Below are positions 9,083-17,101 of a stretch of 32,000 nt of DNA, piece by piece. Made by a program: the position numbers and the translations under genes. The notes beneath the pieces are model-generated. The model was not told where the DNA came from and did not search any database. It was given only the letters and a program-made list of their open reading frames with translations. Every line of letters begins with the position of its first letter. Positions within the stretch are counted from its first letter, which is position 1. The stretch comes from Zestosphaera tikiterensis (GTDB lineage Archaea > Thermoproteota > Thermoprotei_A > Sulfolobales > NBVN01): NCBI GenBank assembly GCA_003056265.1, contig NBVN01000002.1:360001-392000 (forward strand). Reading direction: 5' to 3'.

Positions 9083-9239
9083 GTTGGGTGTGGGCAACCG
9101 TAGCTTGGGATGAGACCCACACCTTCCCGAAGCTGGCGGCGGGAACTGATAGATGATGCACCCTCAGTGAGGGGCTTCAGAGAGGTGATGCAAGCCCTAG
9201 AGGGAGAACCTCCGCCATTCATGGCGGAGAGCCGTCAGC
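9083..9239 (+). ncRNA. Structured ncRNA family F3, copy A (unknown function)
   Basis: A GC-rich 157-nt segment paralogous to 18416-18571. It has a 5' hairpin GGTGTGGG/CCCACACC, a 9-bp closing helix (9132-9140 with 9231-9239) containing one G.U, and internal hairpins. A TATA-like box at 9047-9058 lies about 30 nt upstream. Confidence 0.65.
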
Positions 9240-9374
9240 CTAACCACTCCGTTTAAACATCTTAAAAACGCTTCTTAACTTGAATTTCGGCCTGACTCTT
9301 AGAAAAGAATCACTGCTTTCTTCTTAAAACACTTAACGCATGAAGCCATTTTGCCTTCTATTTAATTCCTCGGT

Positions 9375-9557
9375 ATTCTATCGTAGGGATAGAATGAAAG
9401 AGTGGGTAAGCGTGTGCGGGGGTGCCCGGGGTCGCCCCTAAGAGCCTCCGCAGTGAAGGATGAAGCCAGACGGAGCGGAGGAACAAAACATGAGGGGATG
9501 AAGAAAATAATTAAAAGTATTTGAGAAGGATTAGGAGTATCGTTCAGACCCGAACCC
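9375..9557 (+). repeat. GC-rich structured repeat family F2, copy E3 (subfamily b), candidate sRNA
   Basis: By eye about 85% identical to the reverse complement of 25772-25980. It has a 5' hairpin ATTCTATC-GTAGG-GATAGAAT, and helices GGGGTG/CGCCCC and CCTCCGC/GCGGAGG. It ends ..CAGACCCGAACCC 3 nt before the stop of the convergent radical-SAM gene. Confidence 0.6.
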
Positions 9558-9560
9558 ATT

Positions 9561-10340
9561 CTAAACCATGTCGTCAGGGATTTTCCCAGGGTGCACGCTT
9601 TTAGTGGGTGTTAATCTATACTTCTTTAAGATCTTCTCCACATGTGGGTACATGATGACGTATTCCCAATCTATATCAAGTAGTTCTTCGCTGATTTCAG
9701 CTATCTTTAAAGTGAACTTAGCTATGTTTTCATCGCTACTAAAACCTATCATAGCGGCAACGACTACCTCCCTTCCGGGCTTTAAACCTGCGTTGATTAA
9801 GTTCTCAACCGCCTTAAATTGATATAGAAACGCCGTTGGTTCAGCACCTGTTAGTAAGCTGAACTCCTCTGGTGTCGTTCCTTTGAAGGAGACCCTAACT
9901 AAAACGTTGTTAAATTTAGCTAATTCCTTAGAGAAGGTTTCATCAACTCCTAACAGTATACCATTAGTTTCTAAGATGAAGATATGTTTATGCTCTTCGT
10001 CATTTAACTTAAGCAGATTTAATAGATGTGTTTTTGAAAGGGTTGGTTCGCCGCCGGTCAGCCTTAAGTACTTATATCCCCCCTTAAAAGCTATTCTCAC
10101 TAATCTCTCGTAAGCCGCTTCAGGAGATAAATAAAATCCTAAATCATACCTATCACGAAAATACCAAGCCCAGCAGAACTTACATTTAAGGTTGCAACCT
10201 ATGACATCAGCTGAGGATATTCCACCATACCATCTACCCCCTCTAAACCTGAAGTATTTCCTCTCCTCTATATTTCCTGAATATCTAGTTACTAACTTCT
10301 TAACCTCATCAGATACTTTAACTGGGTCGTAAAGCTTTAC
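9561..10340 (-). CDS. Radical SAM domain protein; the N-terminal region has no canonical start codon
   Basis: The CNLKCKFC (CxxxCxxC) motif at 10173-10196 and ..YLRLTGGEPT.. lie in one open frame running from 10373 to 9561. The first ATG/GTG/TTG in that frame is the GTG at 10100, downstream of the Cys motif. The start is set provisionally at the VKLYDP.. codon (10340). Confidence 0.6.
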   Translation of the reverse strand, partial: VKLYDPVKVSDEVKKLVTRYSGNIEERKYFRFRGGRWYGGISSADVIGCNLKCKFCWAWYFRDRYDLGFYLSPEAAYERLVRIAFKGGYKYLRLTGGEPTLSKTHLLNLLKLNDEEHKHIFILETNGILLGVDETFSKELAKFNNVLVRVSFKGTTPEEFSLLTGAEPTAFLYQFKAVENLINAGLKPGREVVVAAMIGFSSDENIAKFTLKIAEISEELLDIDWEYVIMYPHVEKILKKYRLTPTKSVHPGKIPDDMV

Positions 10341-10341
10341 G

Positions 10342-11220
10342 TTATCTTCCTTGTATTCCGTAAAGATCCCTCCTTAACGCCTCAAGCAATTCAGGCTCTC
10401 GTCCCATAAATTCAGCTGCTGTAATTACGTTAACGTTTCCAACGTGTTTCCTCACTTCATCGTAGAAAAGTCTATAATTAACGTCTCTAAGTAGATGATG
10501 ATCGATTATCAAGTGCTCAGGCCTTACTGAGTTCAGAAATTCAACTATGTTTTTAAGCGCTATCCTAACGTCGCTTACGTGCTGTTTAACGCCTGACAGG
10601 TATGTAGGCGGCCCATCCACAACTACCGTTTTAGCTGGGTTTTTCTTCATGAAATCTAACGCGTCTCCGTTGACAGGACCTTCGACGTCCGACGTATGAA
10701 GGAAGGAAGAATCTTCATCTGATATAAATACCTGTATCACGTAACCTAAGTTTGTTGTTGGTCCGTGAGGGGTTGGCGGTGAAAACTTTAAAAGGGTTTT
10801 CCCTACCGTAAAGGAGGTGCTATCACCTATTCTTAACTCTTTAACGAGGTTTTCAATCTTACTTAAGAACTTCCTAGCTCTAAGCCTTTGGGAGAAGTTT
10901 ATCTTTTCTGTAGGGTTTTTAATCACTACTAACTTGCCTTTATAGATGTCGAGGGGTATGTGAACTCCCAAGTCGTGGTGATCGTAGTGGTAATGTGTTA
11001 CTACTATGATATCGGATTCGAACGCTCTTCTATATATGATTTCAGCAACCTCTTCAAGACGTTTAAGCTCTATAGGGTGTGGCGGCAATGAAAACCGCAG
11101 TGGTGCTATAGAGACTGAAGGATCTATAAATACGGTTACGTCGTTGGTCTCTATGAAAGTAGCCATTGATCTAATTCCTACACTATCAAAACCTATTAAC
11201 TCTATTTTCGTGCTTAGCAC
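10342..11220 (-). CDS. MBL-fold metallo-hydrolase (archaeal UPF0282-like)
   Basis: Carries the THYHYDHH (HxHxDH) metallo-beta-lactamase motif and downstream His/Asp ligand positions. Confidence 0.7.
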   Translation of the reverse strand: MLSTKIELIGFDSVGIRSMATFIETNDVTVFIDPSVSIAPLRFSLPPHPIELKRLEEVAEIIYRRAFESDIIVVTHYHYDHHDLGVHIPLDIYKGKLVVIKNPTEKINFSQRLRARKFLSKIENLVKELRIGDSTSFTVGKTLLKFSPPTPHGPTTNLGYVIQVFISDEDSSFLHTSDVEGPVNGDALDFMKKNPAKTVVVDGPPTYLSGVKQHVSDVRIALKNIVEFLNSVRPEHLIIDHHLLRDVNYRLFYDEVRKHVGNVNVITAAEFMGREPELLEALRRDLYGIQGR

Positions 11221-11240
11221 CCGAGGCTAAGTCCAAGTTC

Positions 11241-11720
11241 CTACTGTTTCTTCTCCAACTCTTTAAGTATTTCCTGAGGTAAAGCTTCCTTCTCTTTAAT
11301 CACGTCTAAGATTATCGCCGGGTATAGATTAACAACGCCAGTTATGTTTCTAATGCTGTCTAGCTCCTTACTTAACTGAGTGGAGTCTTTAGCCCACAAC
11401 TCAACCAGCAGGTCATGATCGCCTGAAGTCAACGCTACAAACGTAACGTTATCTTTGCTTCTTAAGTAGTTAGCCACATCTAATATCTTATCGGGCTGTA
11501 CATTAACCCCTATATATGCTACTGCGTTGTAATCAAGTCTCTTGTTATCAATTATTAACGTATACCTCCTTATAACACCGCTTTTCTCTAATTTACTCAT
11601 TCTCTTCTTAACTGCTACGTCGGATATACCTAGGGTTTTAGCTATCCTAGTTACTGGTGTCCTAGCGTTTTTAGAGAGTTCCTTCAATATTATCAAGTCT
11701 TTTTCATCCATCTCAATCAT
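11241..11720 (-). CDS. Lrp/AsnC-family transcriptional regulator
   Basis: An N-terminal wHTH (DLIILKELSKNARTPVTRIAKTLGISDVAVKKRMSKLEKSGVI) followed by a RAM-like C-terminal domain, in a protein of about 155 aa. Confidence 0.85.
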   Translation of the reverse strand: MIEMDEKDLIILKELSKNARTPVTRIAKTLGISDVAVKKRMSKLEKSGVIRRYTLIIDNKRLDYNAVAYIGVNVQPDKILDVANYLRSKDNVTFVALTSGDHDLLVELWAKDSTQLSKELDSIRNITGVVNLYPAIILDVIKEKEALPQEILKELEKKQ

Positions 11721-11850
11721 TGAATCATCTCCTTTACTCTAACCTTAGAAGGTTAATAACTTTTAACTTCTTAAGTTAGTTATTTGAAGTTGAAAAGCCT
11801 TCACGATTTTATTGAATGGTTGCAGTGCTTACTTTATCCTCTATAATTTC

Positions 11851-12180
11851 TTACCCGAATAGTGATGAGATGCCTTCAGCTATTTCTTCCTCACTTACTT
11901 CCTTCTTTTCTTCTTCTTTCTCCTCCTTCTTAGCTTCAGTCGCTGGAGCTGGTTGTTGAGCTGGGGTCGTTGGTGCTGGTGTAGCTACTGCCGGCATCGG
12001 AGCTACGGTTGCCTGCTTTATAACTTCATCTATGTTTACCTCCTTCAGAGCTGCTACTAACATCTTAACTCTTACTTCGTCTACTTGAATCCCCGCTACC
12101 TCAAGTAACCTCTTGATGTTTTCCTCATTTATTTCCTTACCTGCGGAATGCAACAGCAACGACGCGTATATATACTCCAT
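11851..12180 (-). CDS. rpl12: Ribosomal stalk protein P1 (aL12)
   Basis: [22 protein letters not shown].., then an Ala/Pro hinge, an acidic EEKKEE tail and a terminal ..GISSLFG. The track ORF starts 5 codons earlier; MEYIYA is the conserved N-terminus. Confidence 0.85.
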   Translation of the reverse strand: MEYIYASLLLHSAGKEINEENIKRLLEVAGIQVDEVRVKMLVAALKEVNIDEVIKQATVAPMPAVATPAPTTPAQQPAPATEAKKEEKEEEKKEVSEEEIAEGISSLFG

Positions 12181-12237
12181 ATTCACTACCTCCAAATACT
12201 TGGGGATTGAGAATATTTAAGCGTTTAAGAAGAAGTT

Positions 12238-13629
12238 TTATGAAGACTCGTTTTGCTTAAGTCTTTCCCTCACTCTATAGTAGTTTATGAGTGCCGCCAT
12301 AGTTGAAGCAGCTCTTTCAGGCATTGGATACGCTGGAATACCAGCACTATTTAACTTCTGTATAGCCCAGTAAACCTCTTCACCACCTATGAAGGATATC
12401 ACTAAAGGTTTGTTAAGACCGCCTAACTCCTTAACTTTCCTTATTATTTCGCTTGCTATCACGGTAGGGTCTGTAACGGCTGTTTGGCAGTAAATCCCTA
12501 AAACAGCGCCTACTTTATCGTTAGTTAAAGCTGTCATTAAAGCGTCAACATATCCCTCGTTAGTGATCATCCCTGTGACGTCTATGGGATTGCCTAGCGA
12601 AGCAAATCCAGGTAGCTTAGGCTTTAAATCAGCAACGAGTTTCTCCGGCGGTGGAGACAGCAAAACGTTGTTTAAAGCTAGAGTATCCGTTACTAAAACC
12701 CCAGCTCCACCACCGTTAGTTACTACTACTAAATCACCTTCCCTATATTCTGGCAGGTATGAGAAAGCTCTAGCCCAATCGAAAGCTTCTTCAACGGTTC
12801 TAGCTTCTAAAATCCCGGTTTGTTTAAATACGGTGGTGTAGATAACCACATTGCCTGCTAGGGATCCTGTATGGGAAGCTACGGCTTTAGCACCGACGTG
12901 TGTTTTACCCGCTTTAACTACGATAATAGGCTTCACCTTAGAAACTTTACGTGCTACTTCAATAAACCTCCTCCCGTCCTTCACCCCTTCAAGGTATATC
13001 AGTATAACTTTTGTATGTTCGTCATGCATTAAATACTCGAGTAGGTCGGCATCATCTATATCTGACTTATTACCTATGCTTATGATGGCTGACACACCTA
13101 TCCTCTCAACGATAGTCATACCCATTAGAGCTATGCCTAAAGCACCTGACTGCGTTATAAACGCTACATGACCTGGAATCACGTCTTTAGGACCGAATGA
13201 CGCATTCATCCTTACCGGCGTGTAAATCATACCGAATATGTTAGGTCCTAAAACACGCATACCATATTTCTTAGCTATTGAAACAACCCGATCTTCTAAG
13301 TCTTGCCTTCCAACCTCCTTAAACCCTGAAGATATAACAACCGCGACTTTAGCACCTTTCTTGCCCGCATCTTCTATTACATCAGGAACTAAATTAGCTG
13401 GAACAGATACAACCACCATATCGACTTCATCAGGTATGGCTGAAACCGACGGATAATTTTTTAAACCTAAGATCTCTTCAGCCTTAGGATTTACTGGATA
13501 TATCTTACCTGAGAATCCATATTCTATTAAATTCCTTAATACTTCATAACCTATCTTTCCAGGCTGTCTAGAGGCGCCGACTACAGCTATAGACCTAGGC
13601 TTAAACAGGCTTTCCAAGCCACGATCCAT
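12238..13629 (-). CDS. acdA: Acetate--CoA ligase (ADP-forming) alpha subunit / CoA-binding domain protein
   Basis: N-terminal LFKPRSIAVVGAS..PGKIG CoA-binding Rossmann segment, SQSGALG and the HTGSLAG phosphohistidine segment. The length of 463 aa is typical of ACD alpha. Confidence 0.75.
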   Translation of the reverse strand: MDRGLESLFKPRSIAVVGASRQPGKIGYEVLRNLIEYGFSGKIYPVNPKAEEILGLKNYPSVSAIPDEVDMVVVSVPANLVPDVIEDAGKKGAKVAVVISSGFKEVGRQDLEDRVVSIAKKYGMRVLGPNIFGMIYTPVRMNASFGPKDVIPGHVAFITQSGALGIALMGMTIVERIGVSAIISIGNKSDIDDADLLEYLMHDEHTKVILIYLEGVKDGRRFIEVARKVSKVKPIIVVKAGKTHVGAKAVASHTGSLAGNVVIYTTVFKQTGILEARTVEEAFDWARAFSYLPEYREGDLVVVTNGGGAGVLVTDTLALNNVLLSPPPEKLVADLKPKLPGFASLGNPIDVTGMITNEGYVDALMTALTNDKVGAVLGIYCQTAVTDPTVIASEIIRKVKELGGLNKPLVISFIGGEEVYWAIQKLNSAGIPAYPMPERAASTMAALINYYRVRERLKQNESS

Positions 13630-13776
13630 TATCGATCCCTATACTTCGTAAAACTGTTGTATTTATATATATATTTATATTTTATTTGTAAAACACTAAT
13701 ATTGCCTGATGCGGCTTAAGCCATTGACCTACTGTAATTAAACGCTTTAAACTAACTCAACTATTGTTTTGAAGAC

Positions 13777-14337
13777 CTACGTTTTTAAATACGTATGGCC
13801 AAAGACCTTCATTAAAGATAGTGCTAAAAGCGTCTTAACGTCGGCAACCCTACTTTCAATTAACTCCTTAATTGCTTTATCTAAGTCAACCACAACAACG
13901 TTGAGTAACTCCCCAGGTTCTAAGGCCTGCCCGACAAAGCTTAAGTCCTTAGCTACGAATAGGTGAAGTACTTCATCGCTATAGCCTGGACTCATGTATA
14001 ACGAAGTTACCTTAACTAAGGTCTTAGCGTCATATCCGATCTCTTCAATTAACTCACGTCGAGCTGCTTCATAAACGTCCTCACCTACCTCAACCTTACC
14101 TGCCGGTATCTCAAGAACCCAATCATTAACAGAAGCTCTAAACTGCTTTATTAAGATCACATCACGTTCATTAATAAACGGCACAACAGCTACAGACTCC
14201 CCAAACTTTACAACGTCTCTCACGAACCTTACGGTATCTAACTCGTAAATTCTTTGAATTAACGCGACTCTCCTGCCCTTGCATAGAACTTCCTCAGAAA
14301 CTAACCTCAATTGAGCGGAGTTATCCAAAGCCCTCAC
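13777..14337 (-). CDS. NUDIX hydrolase (ADP-ribose pyrophosphatase-like)
   Basis: Carries the Nudix box GKVEVGEDVYEAARRELIEEIGY (GX5EX7REUXEEXGU). Confidence 0.8.
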   Translation of the reverse strand: MRALDNSAQLRLVSEEVLCKGRRVALIQRIYELDTVRFVRDVVKFGESVAVVPFINERDVILIKQFRASVNDWVLEIPAGKVEVGEDVYEAARRELIEEIGYDAKTLVKVTSLYMSPGYSDEVLHLFVAKDLSFVGQALEPGELLNVVVVDLDKAIKELIESRVADVKTLLALSLMKVFGHTYLKT

Positions 14338-14423
14338 CGATATTAAACTTTTGAAGAAATTTTAATCCCTCATACTCGCCTTTTAACCGTCGTTGACTTA
14401 ACTGTTTAGGGCGGTGGTTTGAG

Positions 14424-14867
14424 GTGCATACCTACGAAGACTTAATGCGTTTCTTAGGTGATTACGTAAAATTAGATGATATTCTATGGTTGCTATCTGA
14501 TTCTGAAGTTCATAGCTACGGGCAGGTTATAATATCCTTCAATACAAACTCGAAAGTTGTTTTAGGGGTTAACGTGATTTTCACACATAGGCTTGGGGGT
14601 GGTTTGGAGGATGTTAGAGTAGAATTCCTCATATCTACCGATATAAGTGCTTCTAAGTTTTTGACAAGTCAATACATGGACCTAATAAAATCCGGTGCTG
14701 AAGTCTTGGTTAAGAAGGAAGGTATTTCAGTCTTTTACAGGGTTAAGTCCTTAGGCAACACTAGTTTAAAGCAATACGTAGATAATGTGTGTAAGATATT
14801 AGAAATCGACTCAATTAACTTAAGCTTTCTTAAATATAGCTTTTTGGAGGGGTTGAATGCCGGGTAA
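14424..14867 (+). CDS. Hypothetical protein (147 aa), first gene of the dphB-ribL operon
   Basis: A GTG-start ORF that overlaps the dphB start by 11 nt. No family was recognised. Confidence 0.45.
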   Translation: MHTYEDLMRFLGDYVKLDDILWLLSDSEVHSYGQVIISFNTNSKVVLGVNVIFTHRLGGGLEDVRVEFLISTDISASKFLTSQYMDLIKSGAEVLVKKEGISVFYRVKSLGNTSLKQYVDNVCKILEIDSINLSFLKYSFLEGLNAG

Positions 14868-15648
14868 GTTTTACATCGTGGGTGCCGGTCTCTCCGCAGA
14901 TTTAATCTCGTTAAAAGCCGTTAAAATATTGAAAAACGTTGACTTGATCTTCATAGATATGTATACAAGCATACTACTTGGTGATGCGGAAGAACTTAAG
15001 AAATATATAGGTGCGAAGGAGTTCATACCTCTACGTAGGTCAGACGTGGAGGAAAAACCGCATGAAACCATATTTAAACACATAGAAAGTGGTTTAAACG
15101 TGGCTTTCTTAGTTCCAGGCAACCCTTTAGACGCTACAACACACGCTTCACTAGTTGTTGAAGCTTGGAAGAAAGGCATAGATTTTGAGATAATCCCAGC
15201 TCCCGGCATCATACCCAACGCCGTCAGCATGTCTGGTTTGATGGTCTATAAAGTAGGTAAGGTAGTTACTTTAACGTTTCCAAAACACGGTATATATTCG
15301 GAGTATCCTTACGACGTAATTAAAGATAACGACTTAAGAAACCTTCATACGTTACTGCTATTGGATCTAGACCTAGAAAATAATAAAGTCATGCAGGTTA
15401 GTGAGGCGGTAGACCTACTTTATCAGCTTGAGAACTTAAGGAGGGAAGGCGTAATATCGCCGCGTAGGTTAGGTATAGCTGTGTCAGGCTTAGGAGGTCC
15501 TAAACAAAGGATATGCTTCGATACGTTAGAAAAGCTTAGAGGGTTGCCTAATCACGACGGGCCTAACACGTTAATAATAACTTCACCAAAGCTTCATTTT
15601 ATGGAGGAGGAGGTTGCGAAGGTGATAAGTAATGTTTACTGTAGATGA
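14857..15648 (+). CDS. dphB: Diphthine synthase
   Basis: N-terminal FYIVGAGL..DLISLKAVKILKNVD.IF.DMYTS and LVPGNPL of the tetrapyrrole-methylase fold. The 263-aa length and overall layout match archaeal Dph5/DphB. Confidence 0.8.
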   Translation: MPGKFYIVGAGLSADLISLKAVKILKNVDLIFIDMYTSILLGDAEELKKYIGAKEFIPLRRSDVEEKPHETIFKHIESGLNVAFLVPGNPLDATTHASLVVEAWKKGIDFEIIPAPGIIPNAVSMSGLMVYKVGKVVTLTFPKHGIYSEYPYDVIKDNDLRNLHTLLLLDLDLENNKVMQVSEAVDLLYQLENLRREGVISPRRLGIAVSGLGGPKQRICFDTLEKLRGLPNHDGPNTLIITSPKLHFMEEEVAKVISNVYCR

Positions 15649-16345
15649 AGTTGCCTTTAGAGTTAAAACCTACATAGAAATGTTTGAAAGGGCTTTGTCT
15701 GATCTGAAAGTGTTAAACACGGATTCTAAAGTTGATGAAGTTTTAAACATGGCTAAGCTTTACTTAGCAGATTCCAAGCATTACTTCAACTTAGGTGATT
15801 ACATAACCTCCCTATCGTGCATTGCTTACGCTGAAGGCTTGCTAGACTCACTAAGGCTTCTGGGGTTTATAGACGTTAAGTGGGTGAGGGAGAAACCTAA
15901 AAAGGTGTTAGTGGGGGGTACATTCGATTTACTTCACGTGGGACATATTCATTACTTAAGTGAAGCGTCTAAAAAAGGATTAGTTTACGCAGTAGTGGCA
16001 ACAGACGCGAACGTTAGAAGAATTAAAGGTAGGGATCCTATATTACCACAGAACGCTAGACTAGCTTTAATTTCGTCAATTAAATACGTCTATAAAGCAC
16101 TGCTAGGTGATGAGAAAGACTTTCTAAAGCCCGTGGAGGAGGTAAAACCTGACATCATACTTTTAGGCCCTGATCAGCCCATAGATGAAGGCTTTATAGT
16201 TAAAGAACTTGATAAGAAAGGCTTGCGGGTAAGTGTTGAGAGACTTCGCAAAAGGATAAGCGACAACGGTTTAAGCTCATCTTCAGAGATTGTAAAGGAA
16301 ATAATACGTAGGTATTGCTTATCTAGCTCTGAAACCCAACCTTAA
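15632..16345 (+). CDS. ribL: FAD synthase RibL-type nucleotidyltransferase with an N-terminal DUF357-like domain
   Basis: GGTFDLLHVGHIHYL (HxGH), ..RRIKGRDPILPQNARL.. and ..KPDIILLGPDQ.. closely parallel archaeal RibL. The start overlaps the dphB end. Confidence 0.65.
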   Translation: MFTVDEVAFRVKTYIEMFERALSDLKVLNTDSKVDEVLNMAKLYLADSKHYFNLGDYITSLSCIAYAEGLLDSLRLLGFIDVKWVREKPKKVLVGGTFDLLHVGHIHYLSEASKKGLVYAVVATDANVRRIKGRDPILPQNARLALISSIKYVYKALLGDEKDFLKPVEEVKPDIILLGPDQPIDEGFIVKELDKKGLRVSVERLRKRISDNGLSSSSEIVKEIIRRYCLSSSETQP

Positions 16346-16358
16346 AAAGAATAAAGCG

Positions 16359-17075
16359 TTACCTCTTCTTAAGACCTGTTCTTCTAGCGGCTATATGACC
16401 TACCTTTCTCCCAGGCGGCGCGTTACGCGATACCGTTGAAGGATGAGACTTCCTTTGATGGATACCGCCACCGAACTTATGGCTTACGGCGTTCATGGCA
16501 ACGCCTCTAACTCTAGGCCATTTATGAGCTTTAACCTTCCATTTATGGTATGCCGCACCAGCCTTCAATAAGGGCTTCTCTATCCTCCCCGCTCCAGCGG
16601 GAACTCCTACGGTTGCTCTAGCCGTGCTTAAAATAGGTCTTTGCTTCTTACTCGGCAGGAGAACTATCGTGTAATTGCCTGACCTACCTAAAACTAAGGC
16701 GTAACTACCTGCTTGCCTTGCTAGCTTACCGCCGTCTCCAGGATTTAACTCTATATTGTATACTTTAGTACCTTCAGGTATCTTACCTAATGGGAGGGTA
16801 TTGCCTACTAAAGGTGGTGCGTCCGGACCTATTGAGACTTTCTGACCTACGTACATACCTTCAGCAGCAGGTATGTAATATTCAACACCGTTTTCTAATT
16901 GAATTCTCGCTAAGGGAACCCAACGCCCCGGATCGTGAATAAACTCCATCACAACACCGGTTAACGTATGTTCTGAAGGCGGGGGATATTTGGCGGGGGC
17001 TGGATGTAGGTGTCCAGGACTTCTAAAGTTTTGACCTCCTCTACCAGCCCTCTGCTGTAACGTTTTCTTACCCAT
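16359..17075 (-). CDS. rpl2: 50S ribosomal protein L2
   Basis: MGKK..QRAGRGG.., ..GDGGKLARQAGSYA.., ..GGG.H.. and the basic C-terminus are unmistakably uL2. A GGTGA Shine-Dalgarno lies 6 nt upstream of the ATG. Confidence 0.95.
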   Translation of the reverse strand: MGKKTLQQRAGRGGQNFRSPGHLHPAPAKYPPPSEHTLTGVVMEFIHDPGRWVPLARIQLENGVEYYIPAAEGMYVGQKVSIGPDAPPLVGNTLPLGKIPEGTKVYNIELNPGDGGKLARQAGSYALVLGRSGNYTIVLLPSKKQRPILSTARATVGVPAGAGRIEKPLLKAGAAYHKWKVKAHKWPRVRGVAMNAVSHKFGGGIHQRKSHPSTVSRNAPPGRKVGHIAARRTGLKKR

Positions 17076-17101
17076 CTCAACTCACCCCATACCTAGCTTC
17101 G

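Noticed and set aside
9083-9239. F3 RNA as a known RNA class (tRNA, SRP RNA, RNase P RNA, C/D or H/ACA guide).
   Set aside because: I see no cloverleaf and no RNase P CR-I/CR-V-like boxes (GGAAAGUCC type). The length is half that of SRP RNA. There are no terminal C (RUGAUGA)/D (CUGA) box pairs and no ACA box after the closing helix. It is also present in two diverged copies. Without Rfam this exclusion is by eye only.
9440-9510. GATGAAG boxes in F2 elements as C/C' boxes of a C/D sRNA.
   Set aside because: The boxes read GAUGAAG rather than UGAUGA. No CUGA D boxes occur at the expected 10-12 nt spacing. The elements, at 130-200 nt, are much longer than archaeal C/D sRNAs.
9031-9559. Track ORFs 9031-9222 (-) and 9362-9559 (-), and the analogous 25819-26037 (+), as small proteins.
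   Set aside because: They cover the F3 and F2 repeats. The F3 ORF has no counterpart in copy B. The F2 ORFs of E3 and E4 translate homologous DNA in different frames, so no protein is conserved. Compensatory base changes indicate RNA-level selection instead.
12563-13456. Antisense 'shadow' ORFs inside long genes: 12563-12841, 12851-13171 and 13238-13456. The same applies to 4977-5210, 7553-8020, 8816-9025, 9568-9822, 9883-10113, 11006-11230, 11542-11742, 13769-13966, 14871-15230, 17212-17397, 19798-20154, 20151-20396, 22208-22408, 22984-23190, 23215-23526, 24074-24349, 26069-26320, 26896-27081, 28994-29236, 30716-31012 and 31229-31660.
   Set aside because: Each lies wholly opposite a longer ORF with clear family motifs. 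Their translations are Ser/Thr/Leu/Pro-rich with no recognisable domains, which is typical of antisense frames of real genes.
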